Part shown: positions 54,962-64,000 of the stretch, in pieces
How the letters are laid out: each line of letters opens with the position of its first letter
Numbering within the stretch: the stretch's first letter is position 1
Source: a virus
Strand: one strand, 5' to 3'
IMG/VR virus record: IMGVR_UViG_3300022748_000015
Location: 1-64,000 of that record
DNA: 64,000 nt
Notes under the pieces: model-generated
What the model saw: the letters and a program-made list of their open reading frames with translations, nothing else
Database searches by the model: none
Told to the model about the DNA's origin: nothing
Made by a program: the position numbers and the translations under genes

Positions 54962-55294
54962 TTAACTAGCTTTTCTTTGCCTTGGTTTTGAAGATACTGA
55001 AGTTGGTCTAGTTCTAGAGGTAATCATAAAATCTTTAATCAACTCTACTTCAGCCGATGTCTTGATACTGTGAGCTTCAATTATATTAACTCTATCGGCT
55101 AATGAGCTACCGCCATTCTCCCAGAGTTGGTGTTCAACTCGGTCTAGACGCTCTGCAAGGGTTCGTCCTTTGCTATCAACTCCAATAGAGTCGCTAATCT
55201 TTCTTACAAAGCGGTAGATGGCTACAAGCCCTCCGACGATGACGCCGATTGCGGTAATTACCGCGGCGATTGTTAGAATAATCTCTAGTTGCAT
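54962..55294 (-). CDS. single-TM membrane protein (possibly lysis-associated)
   Basis: N-terminal TM then coiled region (LAERLDRVEHQL..NGGSSLADRV). Confidence 0.7.
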   Translation of the reverse strand: MQLEIILTIAAVITAIGVIVGGLVAIYRFVRKISDSIGVDSKGRTLAERLDRVEHQLWENGGSSLADRVNIIEAHSIKTSAEVELIKDFMITSRTRPTSVSSKPRQRKAS

Positions 55295-55521
55295 GGCCTA
55301 TAATGGATTCTACGGGGAGCGGTTAGATTCGTTCTTCTATTGTACCCTAGAAGGGTTTTCCTTATTTGACGGGCTGTTAGGTCGAGCCGTTGATGAGTTT
55401 GTTCAGTCAATCTGAATTATTTATTAATGCGTGACTTGCAGCATCTTCGAGTATGGGTGTATGCTGTCAATAACTTTGGAGAGCATATGTATGTTTTTAA
55501 TGACGGAATGGTGGACAACTA

Positions 55522-58164
55522 ATGGCTAACTGGGAGTCTGCGGCTGGCCGCCTTGGCCCTGCTGCTGTATGGTACGCAAAAAATGGCTGGTATATCCTTC
55601 CCGTTCATGGCATCACGAAGGATGGACGTTGCACCTGTGGTAAGCCACACTCTGATCCACGTGAAATTGGTAAGCACCCAGCGCTTTATAACTGGAATAC
55701 CGAAGCTTCGAATGATCCGATTAAGGTCGCACAGTGGTGGGAAGAAAACCCCGACTACAACATCGGAGTATTCTGTAAGCCATCTGGCTTCTTCGCAATC
55801 GATATCGATCCACGCTCCGGCGGCGATGATTCTTTCCAGGTTCTAGAAGAGCGTTCTGAGGGCGCAATTATTGCCACTACTGAAGCTATTACCGGTGAAT
55901 ACACTGTTAAGGGCAAGGTAGTTCGTGGACGCCACCTTCTATATAAATGTGACCCAAACGAGAAGTTCCTGGGTAACCTTTCGAAAGAGGGGCTTGGTGG
56001 TATTGACATCAAGCACAATGGTTACATTCTTCTTTCCCCGTCTCGCCACTTCTCTGGCATGACATATGACTGGAAGCCAGGCCATGAGCCATGGAAGATG
56101 GAAGTATCTGAAGCTCCAGAAGAACTTTTAAACGCCCTTCGAGCAAAATCACTTCGTCGTTCGGGCGGAGCAACCACTACATATAAAGAGGGTGAGTGGG
56201 GCTGGCTTGGGGACTTAGAGTTTCGTGGAGAAAAGGTTGATGTCCAGGCAATCCTTGAAGAGGGGATTGATGAGGGTGGTCGTGCTGTTGGTGTCTACCA
56301 ACTCGCATGCGCTCTAGCAAATAAGTTTGGTACTAGCCCTGAATCACGCATGCTCATCGAGTCAATGATGATTCGATTTAATGGGGAGAAGATTCGTCCT
56401 CCAATGGAGCTTGAAGGTCAGAATTCGATTCTGATGCATACTCATCGAGCTATTGATTTTGTTGCCAATAACCCAAAGATTGATAAGTCTTGGCCTGGAA
56501 TTTCTGAATGGGTTGAGAATCAGGGTAAATCCTGGGCAGAATCTGCCCATGAAGAGGGTGTACCTGTATTCTTACCGGATGTGCCTACGGTAGTAGAGCC
56601 AACTCCTGCTGCAAATAATGTTGGAACTACTGTTACCGCCTTAGTTGAGAGCGGTATGTCTGTTACGGATGCCGCTAGTGGTGGAAATATGGACATTCCT
56701 AAGGATGCTGATGCTCTTGAAGCCGAGGGTGGAGGAACTCCAGGCCGTCGCACCCTTACTGATGTCGGTAACGGTCGTCGTATTATTGATACTTTTGGTT
56801 CCGCTCTTCGCTATACTCCAGGTCTTGGTTGGTTTCACTGGACTGGCAACTTCTGGAAGCCAGATGTAGAAGAGCTAGGCATTAATGAACTTGCTAAGCG
56901 AATCTCTCCCGTAATCGCCAGTGAGGTAGTTAACTACGGCGATGGCGATGAGCAAAAGAAGCAGGATATTGTTAACTGGGCTAAGCAGGCAAAATCTAAT
57001 AGCCGTATTGCAAATATGATTAATCAGGCAAACTCTGACACTCGAGTTCAGGTAAGCGTTGAGCAGTGGGATGGTTCGCACCACTTACTCGGCGTTATGA
57101 ATGGTGTTATTGATCTTAAGACTGGAGAGCTTCACAAGGGGCGTCCAGATCTTTATATCACTAAGCGTGCTCCTGTTTCTTATACTCCAGGACTTCGCAA
57201 TGTACGCTGGGAGCAGTTTATTGACTTCGCTACTGGTGGCGATAAGGAGCTTCAGGACTGGGTTCAGCGTGCAGTTGGCTACACCTTAACTGGCCTTAGC
57301 AACCAGGATGTTCTATTCCTTGTCTATGGTCCGGCTGGTTCTGGTAAAAATACTTTTGTCGAAACCATCGTTGAAGCACTCGGCACTGAGCAATATGCAG
57401 GAACCCTACCATCTGACCAACTTGCAGCTGGTAACGGTAATAACTCTTCTCAGCAGTACTATATGGCTGAGCTGCGTGGTAAGCGTATGATTTGGGTTGA
57501 TGAGTTGCCAGAGTCTGAGCGTATCAATGAGAACCAAATTAAGCAGATGACTGGTTCATCAACCATCTCTGCTCGTTCTCCCGGTGAGAAGCCGTTTACA
57601 TTTAAGGCTCAGGGTAAGCTATGGATTACCACTAACCACCGCCCTATCATTAATGATGATGCCATGTGGCGTCGTCTACGTCCAATTCCATGGTCAAAGG
57701 TAGCTGAGAAGCCTGATCCCGATTTAAAGGCCTATCTATCTGATCCTGATGGTGGTCTTCCAGCTGTTCTTTCATGGGCAGTAGAGGGTGCTATTAAATA
57801 CCTTGGTTCTTCAGAAAAAGATCCACTTGGTTGGTGTACTGCTGTTAAGGAAGCTGCAGAAGTTTATCGCAAGAACGAGGACCGAATTGGTATTTTTCTA
57901 GAAGAAGAGACTACTAAGTCTGAAGGCGCTGCAGTTTTAGTTGGAGATATTTACTATGTATACCGCTCGTGGAGCGATATGCGTGGTGAAAAGCCTATGA
58001 CTCAGATTGCATTCCAGCGTAAAATTTCTGACCGTGGTCTAGAAGTAGTTGGCCAGGGAGCTAGAGCAGAGATTCGTAACTATATGCGAACCCCGAAGGC
58101 TGTTCCTCAGCAGGTCAGCGAAGTCAACTGGAACGATATGACGCGTTTTGCAAAGAATATCTAA
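55522..58164 (+). CDS. bifunctional primase-polymerase fused to a D5/P4-type SF3 helicase
   Basis: WYILPVHG...GKHP...NIGV...IDIDPR (Prim-Pol), GRRTLTDVGNG (D5_N), YGPAGSGKNT Walker A. Confidence 0.92.
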   Translation: MANWESAAGRLGPAAVWYAKNGWYILPVHGITKDGRCTCGKPHSDPREIGKHPALYNWNTEASNDPIKVAQWWEENPDYNIGVFCKPSGFFAIDIDPRSGGDDSFQVLEERSEGAIIATTEAITGEYTVKGKVVRGRHLLYKCDPNEKFLGNLSKEGLGGIDIKHNGYILLSPSRHFSGMTYDWKPGHEPWKMEVSEAPEELLNALRAKSLRRSGGATTTYKEGEWGWLGDLEFRGEKVDVQAILEEGIDEGGRAVGVYQLACALANKFGTSPESRMLIESMMIRFNGEKIRPPMELEGQNSILMHTHRAIDFVANNPKIDKSWPGISEWVENQGKSWAESAHEEGVPVFLPDVPTVVEPTPAANNVGTTVTALVESGMSVTDAASGGNMDIPKDADALEAEGGGTPGRRTLTDVGNGRRIIDTFGSALRYTPGLGWFHWTGNFWKPDVEELGINELAKRISPVIASEVVNYGDGDEQKKQDIVNWAKQAKSNSRIANMINQANSDTRVQVSVEQWDGSHHLLGVMNGVIDLKTGELHKGRPDLYITKRAPVSYTPGLRNVRWEQFIDFATGGDKELQDWVQRAVGYTLTGLSNQDVLFLVYGPAGSGKNTFVETIVEALGTEQYAGTLPSDQLAAGNGNNSSQQYYMAELRGKRMIWVDELPESERINENQIKQMTGSSTISARSPGEKPFTFKAQGKLWITTNHRPIINDDAMWRRLRPIPWSKVAEKPDPDLKAYLSDPDGGLPAVLSWAVEGAIKYLGSSEKDPLGWCTAVKEAAEVYRKNEDRIGIFLEEETTKSEGAAVLVGDIYYVYRSWSDMRGEKPMTQIAFQRKISDRGLEVVGQGARAEIRNYMRTPKAVPQQVSEVNWNDMTRFAKNI

Positions 58165-58206
58165 TATTTATGGTATAAGATAGAACTGTACCGGGAGAGG
58201 TATAGA

Positions 58207-58235
58207 CGGGGACTAGGAGTTATTTCTAGTCCCCG
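58207..58235 (+). terminator. hairpin after the primase gene
   Basis: CGGGGACTAGGA / TTCTAGTCCCCG. Confidence 0.6.
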
Positions 58236-58255
58236 CAGTCTTATTTAGGATAATA

Positions 58256-59014
58256 GTGAAAATTTGTATTGCAACACCTATGTATGGTGGTAATGCCAAG
58301 AGTGTATTCATTACGAGCCTTGCCAATCTAACAATAAGACTTGCTCAGCGTGGTCACTCCGTTGTACAGACCAACCTCACCAACGAAAGTCTTATAACTA
58401 GAGCTCGAAATACTCTTACTTATTCTTTCCTAACATCCGACTGTGATGCTCTGCTATTTATTGATGGTGATCATGGATTTGATGCTGATGATATTGTAAA
58501 AATGGTTGAATCTGGTAAAGATTTAATTGGTGCAATTTACCCTATGAAGTCAATCAACTGGCAGGCTGTTAGAAATGCAGCACTGCTTGGTAAAGAAAAT
58601 TTAGAAGAATATTCTGGAATCTTTGCTGTAAATATGTTAGACACATCTCAGCATTTTGATGCCAATGAGCCATTTAGAGTTATGGATATTGGTACCGGTA
58701 TGATGTTTATTACTCGTAAAGTATTTAATGATCTTAAGCCATTGTGCAAAACATATAAGAGTAATAGTTATGGAAGTACTATTCCTTTTGGTGAAGATGT
58801 TGTTGAGTATTTTACTACCGCTATCAATGAAAAAGAGATTCTTTTGTCAGAGGACTATGCCTTCTGTGCAATGTGGAGATCTCTAGGTAATGATGTTTGG
58901 GCCGCCCCCTGGGTGAAGATTTCTCACGCTGGCGAATATAGTTTTTCTGGTCAGTTTGCAAAAACTGTAGAACTTCAGGCTGCAATAGCTGAGCATAATA
59001 GTAAAAATAACTAA
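58256..59014 (+). CDS. GT-A-fold glycosyltransferase-like protein
   Basis: IATPMYGG...ESLITRARN...LFIDGD...GTGMM...LSEDYAFC...HAG pattern. Confidence 0.78.
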   Translation: MKICIATPMYGGNAKSVFITSLANLTIRLAQRGHSVVQTNLTNESLITRARNTLTYSFLTSDCDALLFIDGDHGFDADDIVKMVESGKDLIGAIYPMKSINWQAVRNAALLGKENLEEYSGIFAVNMLDTSQHFDANEPFRVMDIGTGMMFITRKVFNDLKPLCKTYKSNSYGSTIPFGEDVVEYFTTAINEKEILLSEDYAFCAMWRSLGNDVWAAPWVKISHAGEYSFSGQFAKTVELQAAIAEHNSKNN

Positions 59015-59964
59015 TCCCTAGTTGTTATAACTTTTTTATTTTTAAAGTCAAGTCCAGCGAATACTCCAAACTCACTTAAAGTTCGTACGGAGCCTAATGC
59101 ATCTTCTCCAATTCTTTCTAATTCGAATATAGATTTGACTTCTAGGCGTGATTCTTTATCTAAAGTTGGCCAAAGGTCGGGCCAGTCTGCCCAGGCGTGG
59201 TGTCTTCTTGCTAAGTGGTAGGGCTGCCCGCTGTGATATAGATGCCATACTAAGTGATTTCTGGCAGTCACAATATTAAAACCGTGAGTAAATGCTCTGG
59301 CTGCAATAAGAATTTCTTCACCCCAGAAGGCTACTTTTTTATTAGGTTTAATTTTTGCAAAAGATCCATCAGTAAAAATCATGCCGCCAGCTACTGAAGA
59401 TGTGTATTGACACCCGGGTGGTGTTGTTATAGCTAACTGACTAGGTATAAATCCTAATTCAAAGGAGTCAATTCGTTCTTTAAAAGAGACTCGTGTATTT
59501 TTTTGTTCGAAGTGATCCTCTAATATTACACTTCCGTTTTCTATATACCTATAGTTAGGCGGGTACATAGTTATTAGTGGTTTTGCTATTCCAATATTTT
59601 CATACCATCTATAGTCTTGTATAGCAAGTTCATCCCAGTTCTTTTGGAATCGCATGTGTGCATCTGTTTGAAGATAGAAGTCTTCGTCTATATACAATTC
59701 ATTTGCCATATACCTAGATAGTTGTACTCCAATATTATCTGGAGCTATGCTTTCTATATACCTAATCTCTACATGCTCCGGTGTATTTACATGAGAAATT
59801 GATATAGAGTCTTGTTCTAGCGTGCAGTTGTGCACCCCAAAAACAATTTTATTATTTCCTGATGACATTTCTATGGCATTTTTTATTGTCTCAGGGAGCT
59901 CTAAATCCCTATAGGCGGGGAGCTGAACAAATATGCTATTAGTCACCATTTGTTGGTTGGACAT
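59011..59964 (-). CDS. GlcNAc-transferase-like glycosyltransferase (GT60/Skp1 GnT-like)
   Basis: SIFVQLPAYRD.EL..TI...FGV...SRY.A..LY..EDFYLQTDAHMRF..NWD...FWGEE. Confidence 0.75.
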   Translation of the reverse strand: MSNQQMVTNSIFVQLPAYRDLELPETIKNAIEMSSGNNKIVFGVHNCTLEQDSISISHVNTPEHVEIRYIESIAPDNIGVQLSRYMANELYIDEDFYLQTDAHMRFQKNWDELAIQDYRWYENIGIAKPLITMYPPNYRYIENGSVILEDHFEQKNTRVSFKERIDSFELGFIPSQLAITTPPGCQYTSSVAGGMIFTDGSFAKIKPNKKVAFWGEEILIAARAFTHGFNIVTARNHLVWHLYHSGQPYHLARRHHAWADWPDLWPTLDKESRLEVKSIFELERIGEDALGSVRTLSEFGVFAGLDFKNKKVITTRD

Positions 59965-60188
59965 GTTGAATCTTTAAATTCTACTCTTGTAGGCATAAAG
60001 CATCCACACTGGGAACATTGGCTAGTGTAGTTCACAAATAGTGGGCAATCTCGGCAAATATCTAATCTAGCATTGCTGATGTCTTGGTCTATCTTCTCTA
60101 GAGATAGGATATCTGTTGATTTAGGTGATATCTCCGTACCCCGTGTGCTGACTACTTTCTCTTTATAGAGCTGCCAAGCACTAGGCAT
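59943..60188 (-). CDS. DUF6171-like Cys-rich small protein
   Basis: RLDICRDC...QCSQCGCFM...STCPTNKW. Confidence 0.75.
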   Translation of the reverse strand: MPSAWQLYKEKVVSTRGTEISPKSTDILSLEKIDQDISNARLDICRDCPLFVNYTSQCSQCGCFMPTRVEFKDSTCPTNKW

Positions 60189-60516
60189 TCTGTAGTACCT
60201 CTACAAATTTTGGATCACTAGAGTATGCTGCCACTAGCATTTCATTTTCATTTGCTATTTCTTGAACTAGTGCTACTGAATCTCCTAGCAAGAATGCAAA
60301 TTTAGTAGCCATAGGATTAATGTCTATTTCGGCTACTGGAGATCCATCCATATAGAATGTGCCTTCAGCATATGTAGACCCTACTACTACATCCAACCCA
60401 TCGCAGATAACTATTGAAGGATTTGATCTTAGGGTGTCATAAAATCCGTCGTTGAGCTCTACTATCTCTAAATTAAATGCAAATGCATTATCAATGATTA
60501 ATGAAAAAGTTGCCAT
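60181..60516 (-). CDS. hypothetical protein
   Basis: Coupled within the minus-strand operon. Confidence 0.7.
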   Translation of the reverse strand: MATFSLIIDNAFAFNLEIVELNDGFYDTLRSNPSIVICDGLDVVVGSTYAEGTFYMDGSPVAEIDINPMATKFAFLLGDSVALVQEIANENEMLVAAYSSDPKFVEVLQNA

Positions 60517-60522
60517 AGCTAA

Positions 60523-62640
60523 TTATAATTCCTCTTCCATCATACTCGGATCAATAGAGAAGATTCCAAAGCGTGGTGGGAATGAAGGTGGTGTTGCTGT
60601 CGTTGTTGTAGTTGGAGCAGCAGTAGTGGTAGTTGGAGCGGCTGTAGTGGTAGTCCCTCCTACTCCACTTCCACCAGTACATTCGTAATATGCTGTTGAT
60701 CCGGTAGATCCATCAGAACACTTATAGTAAAACTGTTGTACATAACCGCTACCGCAGATAGTTCCTGTATATCCGTTTGTACTATACCCTACATAGAATA
60801 AATTACCATTCACTCTGCCATAACTAGGGCCACACGTCACCCCTGCGGTAGTGGTAGTGGTTGTAGTAGTAGTTGTAGTGGTAGTTGCTGCTCCTGACAT
60901 TGTTATTCCGGCTGAATTTGATGCCAGAGTTGCAAATGAAGAGCTTAATGCTGAGACAGACAAGCTATATGAATTGCCAGGAGATACTGCCCAGCTTACG
61001 CTTGTTCCACCATATCCAGATGATGAGTCTATAGTAACTCCCCCGGAACTCAAGGTGTATGAGTATAGTGCTGTTCCAGATGGTGGATTAGACCAACTAC
61101 CTGTAAGTGAGGTAGATGAGTTTTCAGTTAGAGTTACTGTAAATGGTGCTGATGCAGGAGTAGTTACACTCGCGGAGTTTGATGCTAGAACTGTAAAAGA
61201 TGAGCTTTTCGCTGAAACAGTTAGGGTATAGCTTGTTCCTCCGGCTACAGTCCATGAGCCAGAGGTAGCACTCGTAGCATTTCCAGACGCAATAGTCGTG
61301 CCTCCAGATGAGAGTACATAGTCATATATTGCAGTACCAGCTGGAGGATTTGACCAACTTCCACTAACTGATGTAGCAGAGTTAGCGGTTAAACTTACTG
61401 AAAATACTCCAGGTGGGTTTGTCGTGGTAGTTGTAGTAGTGGTAGTTGACCCTACTGTCGCTGTTCCAGAGAGAAGTACTACACCGCCAGCTCCAATTGC
61501 TTGAACTGTAAACGTATAGCTATGGCCCGAAACTAGTCCAGTAAAGTTATAGAAGTTAGCCGCTGAGTTTGAATAAGATGATCCATTGTAGGACACTCCG
61601 CCTGGATCTGTATTATCAACCAACGAGAAACTAAAATAGGATGTCCCCGTTGGGCCCATGGTCCATGTGGTATTTATTTGAGTATCTGAGGCTGCTACTG
61701 CTGTCACATTTAGACTACCTACTGTAGTCACGTAGGAACTGGAACCTTGATCACCAACACCGTTTATATTAGTTCCAACTACTGTAGCATAGTAGATACC
61801 ATCAGCAACTCCAGTAAATGTTGTACTAGTATCGGTAGCACCTATTCCAGAGGCGGTATATGCTAGAGCACCAGTATTACCGTTATATAGCTTGACTGCT
61901 ACTGCTGATAGCGGAGCACCTCCCTCGTGACCATAGAAATTCCAGGTTACGGATATAGTTCCGGCTGCAGTTACACTTGCATTTACAGCTGGGCCTGCTG
62001 GCTTAGAGGTAATTAGCGCTGAGTTTGACCAATCTGACTGTAAGGATAGTCCGTTAGCATTTCTAACTGCAACTACAAATGAAGTATTGTATCCAGGAAT
62101 TAGGCTATTTGCGGTTACTGGTGAAGAAGATCCTTCTCCAACCTTAACTGTTGAGTTTAGGCTTGAGTATACTTCATAAGTAGAAACAGTTTTACCACCA
62201 GTAGCTCGAGGAACGAATCCAACAGTAGCTCCCGGGTTTCCGTAACTTCTATCAGTACCGATATTAGTTGCTGTACCAATAATTGGAGCCTGAGGCACGG
62301 TTGTAGCCACTACTGCAGCCGAAGGTGCTGAAGGAGCTGAATCTCCGTTGGTCCAATAACCAATGGCTTTAATGGTATAAGTATAAGAAACACCACTCTG
62401 TAGTCCAGTAATATTGATTGGTGAAGTAGAGCTTATAGCTGTAAAATTTCCTGGACTAGATGTTGCTTGGTAGTAAAGTGTGGGACCGCTAGTCGGATCT
62501 GGAGTAAAACTTATATCAACTGATCCATTATTATATTGACGGTTAAGTCCTACGTCTGTAGCAGAGATATTTGTTGGAGCTTTTGGTGGAAGATATGTCC
62601 ACACATTTGCTGAAGCTCGTCCTCCCAGGAATGGCTTCAT
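60523..62640 (-). CDS. FN3/Ig-repeat protein with poly-Thr linkers and a Cys-rich terminal domain (putative virion surface fibre)
   Basis: Repeated GLQSGVSYTYTIKA / SYTLTVSA FN3 strands; several Thr runs; ATG62640 directly after the upstream stop. Confidence 0.8.
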   Translation of the reverse strand: MKPFLGGRASANVWTYLPPKAPTNISATDVGLNRQYNNGSVDISFTPDPTSGPTLYYQATSSPGNFTAISSTSPINITGLQSGVSYTYTIKAIGYWTNGDSAPSAPSAAVVATTVPQAPIIGTATNIGTDRSYGNPGATVGFVPRATGGKTVSTYEVYSSLNSTVKVGEGSSSPVTANSLIPGYNTSFVVAVRNANGLSLQSDWSNSALITSKPAGPAVNASVTAAGTISVTWNFYGHEGGAPLSAVAVKLYNGNTGALAYTASGIGATDTSTTFTGVADGIYYATVVGTNINGVGDQGSSSYVTTVGSLNVTAVAASDTQINTTWTMGPTGTSYFSFSLVDNTDPGGVSYNGSSYSNSAANFYNFTGLVSGHSYTFTVQAIGAGGVVLLSGTATVGSTTTTTTTTTNPPGVFSVSLTANSATSVSGSWSNPPAGTAIYDYVLSSGGTTIASGNATSATSGSWTVAGGTSYTLTVSAKSSSFTVLASNSASVTTPASAPFTVTLTENSSTSLTGSWSNPPSGTALYSYTLSSGGVTIDSSSGYGGTSVSWAVSPGNSYSLSVSALSSSFATLASNSAGITMSGAATTTTTTTTTTTTTAGVTCGPSYGRVNGNLFYVGYSTNGYTGTICGSGYVQQFYYKCSDGSTGSTAYYECTGGSGVGGTTTTAAPTTTTAAPTTTTTATPPSFPPRFGIFSIDPSMMEEEL

Positions 62641-62642
62641 GA

Positions 62643-64000
62643 CTATGCCATCAAATCGCCAACAGCAATCCAGGAGTTGGTTCCTGGACGCTTGATAAGA
62701 GTTGCTGACGCCCAACGGGTGCGAATTCTAAGACCAGGAACTCCCTGGATTGTTACGTTTCCATTAGCTGGAGTTAGGGTTACAAAACCAGTTCCAGTAC
62801 TAATTACTGTAATTTGTGCACCAGTAGTAAATCCAACGGTTGCCTCATCGGGGACATATAGGTTGGTATCCGAACTACTTGATATCTCTACGATTTGACC
62901 ATCATCAGATAGCGCAAGTGTATAGCTAGTGGCTAGCTGATTAAACGAGTAGTGATACGAAACAGGTCCGGTTGGTCCAGTCACTCCAGGCCCTGTAGGT
63001 CCTGTTACGGTGGATGCTGGTCCGGTTGGTCCAGTCACTCCAGGCCCTGTAGGTCCTATTGCTCCTGCAGTTCCTTGAATTCCTTGCACACCCTGAGGTC
63101 CGGTTGGCCCCTGCACACCCTGAGACCCTGCGGTTCCAGTTGGACCAGTCGCTCCCTGGATTCCTGCACCAGTTGCGCCAGTAGGACCGGTTGGTCCCTT
63201 AGTTCCTGTTGGACCAGTAACCGAAGGTCCAGTTACAGAAGGTCCGGTAGCACCCGTTGGGCCGACTCCACCCTGCGGTCCAGTTGGTCCAGGATTACCC
63301 TGCACACCCTGGACACCTTGAGTACCTTGCGGCCCGGTTACACCGGTGGCACCTTGTATACCAGTTGGGCCAGTTACGGAAATACCTATAGGTCCGGTGG
63401 CTCCAGTAGGGCCCACTACATTTGAAGGAGCACCAGTCGGTCCAGTTGCACCGGTCTCACCCTGAGCACCTGTTGGTCCAGTTGGTCCTTTATCTCCAAC
63501 ATCTCCAGTACGAGCAAAGGTGATGTAGATACCAGCTGTATTTGAAATTGAAGTAACCGAGCCAGAAACATAGGCAATAGGTACTTCAAAATAGGTGTCA
63601 TGGTGGTAGTGATTGCCAACTATTGAATAGTAGATATAGTTTTCTGGAGCATTTATCTCCGAAATTTTAAAAGTTCCCTTGATGGCAGAAGATGAGTCAT
63701 CAATAGTTTGTAGGAAGCTTGAGATATCTGTATCAGATAGGTCGTACCAAGAAATATACATTTCTGTAGCACTAGTTAATAGATTATTGAAGCTTAGATT
63801 ACCGTGCCCTGGGTTTTCATCAATAACTGATGTTAGGTAGTGGTATTCATATGTTGCTCCACCAAAAGTACCCTGAGGACCTTGCGGTCCAGTCGCACCA
63901 GTTGGTCCAGTTACAGTAGAGTCAGCACCAATGGGACCTTGATCACCCTGAGGACCAGTTGGTCCCGTAGGACCATGAGCACCAACAATTACCGGCTCCC
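62643..64000 (-). CDS. collagen-like (Gly-X-Y) fibre protein, 5' end beyond the window
   Basis: Long GPTG/GATG runs. The frame stays open upstream of the track start 63761, with more GPQG repeats to the window edge. C-terminal SYTLALSD...GAQITV...SATLIK...W.AVGDL domain. Confidence 0.85.
   Translation of the reverse strand, partial: EPVIVGAHGPTGPTGPQGDQGPIGADSTVTGPTGATGPQGPQGTFGGATYEYHYLTSVIDENPGHGNLSFNNLLTSATEMYISWYDLSDTDISSFLQTIDDSSSAIKGTFKISEINAPENYIYYSIVGNHYHHDTYFEVPIAYVSGSVTSISNTAGIYITFARTGDVGDKGPTGPTGAQGETGATGPTGAPSNVVGPTGATGPIGISVTGPTGIQGATGVTGPQGTQGVQGVQGNPGPTGPQGGVGPTGATGPSVTGPSVTGPTGTKGPTGPTGATGAGIQGATGPTGTAGSQGVQGPTGPQGVQGIQGTAGAIGPTGPGVTGPTGPASTVTGPTGPGVTGPTGPVSYHYSFNQLATSYTLALSDDGQIVEISSSSDTNLYVPDEATVGFTTGAQITVISTGTGFVTLTPANGNVTIQGVPGLRIRTRWASATLIKRPGTNSWIAVGDLMA

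Noticed and set aside
54962-55294. Firm holin call
   Set aside because: Single TM and no adjacent endolysin in the window; left as a membrane protein.
60523-62715. Track start 62715 for the FN3 protein
   Set aside because: It overlaps the collagen gene end by 73 nt; ATG62640 right after that stop is more plausible.
62950-63500. Tandem DNA repeats in the collagen gene as a mobile or regulatory repeat
   Set aside because: They are the coding consequence of Gly-X-Y triplets; the + strand ORF 62952..63425 is its shadow.
1-64000. tRNA/tmRNA genes, integrase, IS elements, reverse transcriptase/DGR
   Set aside because: No cloverleaf signatures, recombinase motifs, transposase with terminal repeats or RT motifs were seen; intergenic gaps are explained by promoters and terminators.

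Overview
This window is 64 kb of a large tailed dsDNA phage with a siphovirus-type tail, infecting Actinobacteria (WhiB gene, actinophage-type head and tail genes). Heavy use of the CTA Leu codon hints at a lower-GC freshwater Microbacteriaceae host, but that is inference. Layout: (1) 1-4.6 kb, seven short promoter-gene(s)-terminator cassettes separated by a conserved 18-nt A-tract motif in both orientations; (2) 4.6-5.3 kb, non-coding iterated low-complexity repeats; (3) NlpC/P60 lipoprotein, small membrane proteins, a double-HTH protein, DUF2218 and thioredoxin reductase; (4) terminase, portal, Dps, an expanded ~11 kb head-morphogenesis block including a 1474-aa protein with an HExxH motif, protease, capsid, tail tube, -1 frameshift tail chaperones, tape measure, Dit, hub and fibre; (5) PolA, RuvC-like resolvase, SNF2 helicase, HNH-NUMOD3, a Cas4/RecB-like exonuclease split by a 5-nt insert, AAA ATPase, SSB and WhiB; (6) four or five glycosyltransferase-like genes, a metallophosphoesterase, a primase-helicase and Thr-rich FN3/collagen-like fibre genes running off the right end. 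Best leads: the split exonuclease (possible ribosomal stop-hop), a putative fibre glycosylation module, the early-region motif array, and redox/iron genes interleaved with packaging genes. No tRNA, CRISPR array or integrase was seen. Family calls come from motif recognition, not database searches.
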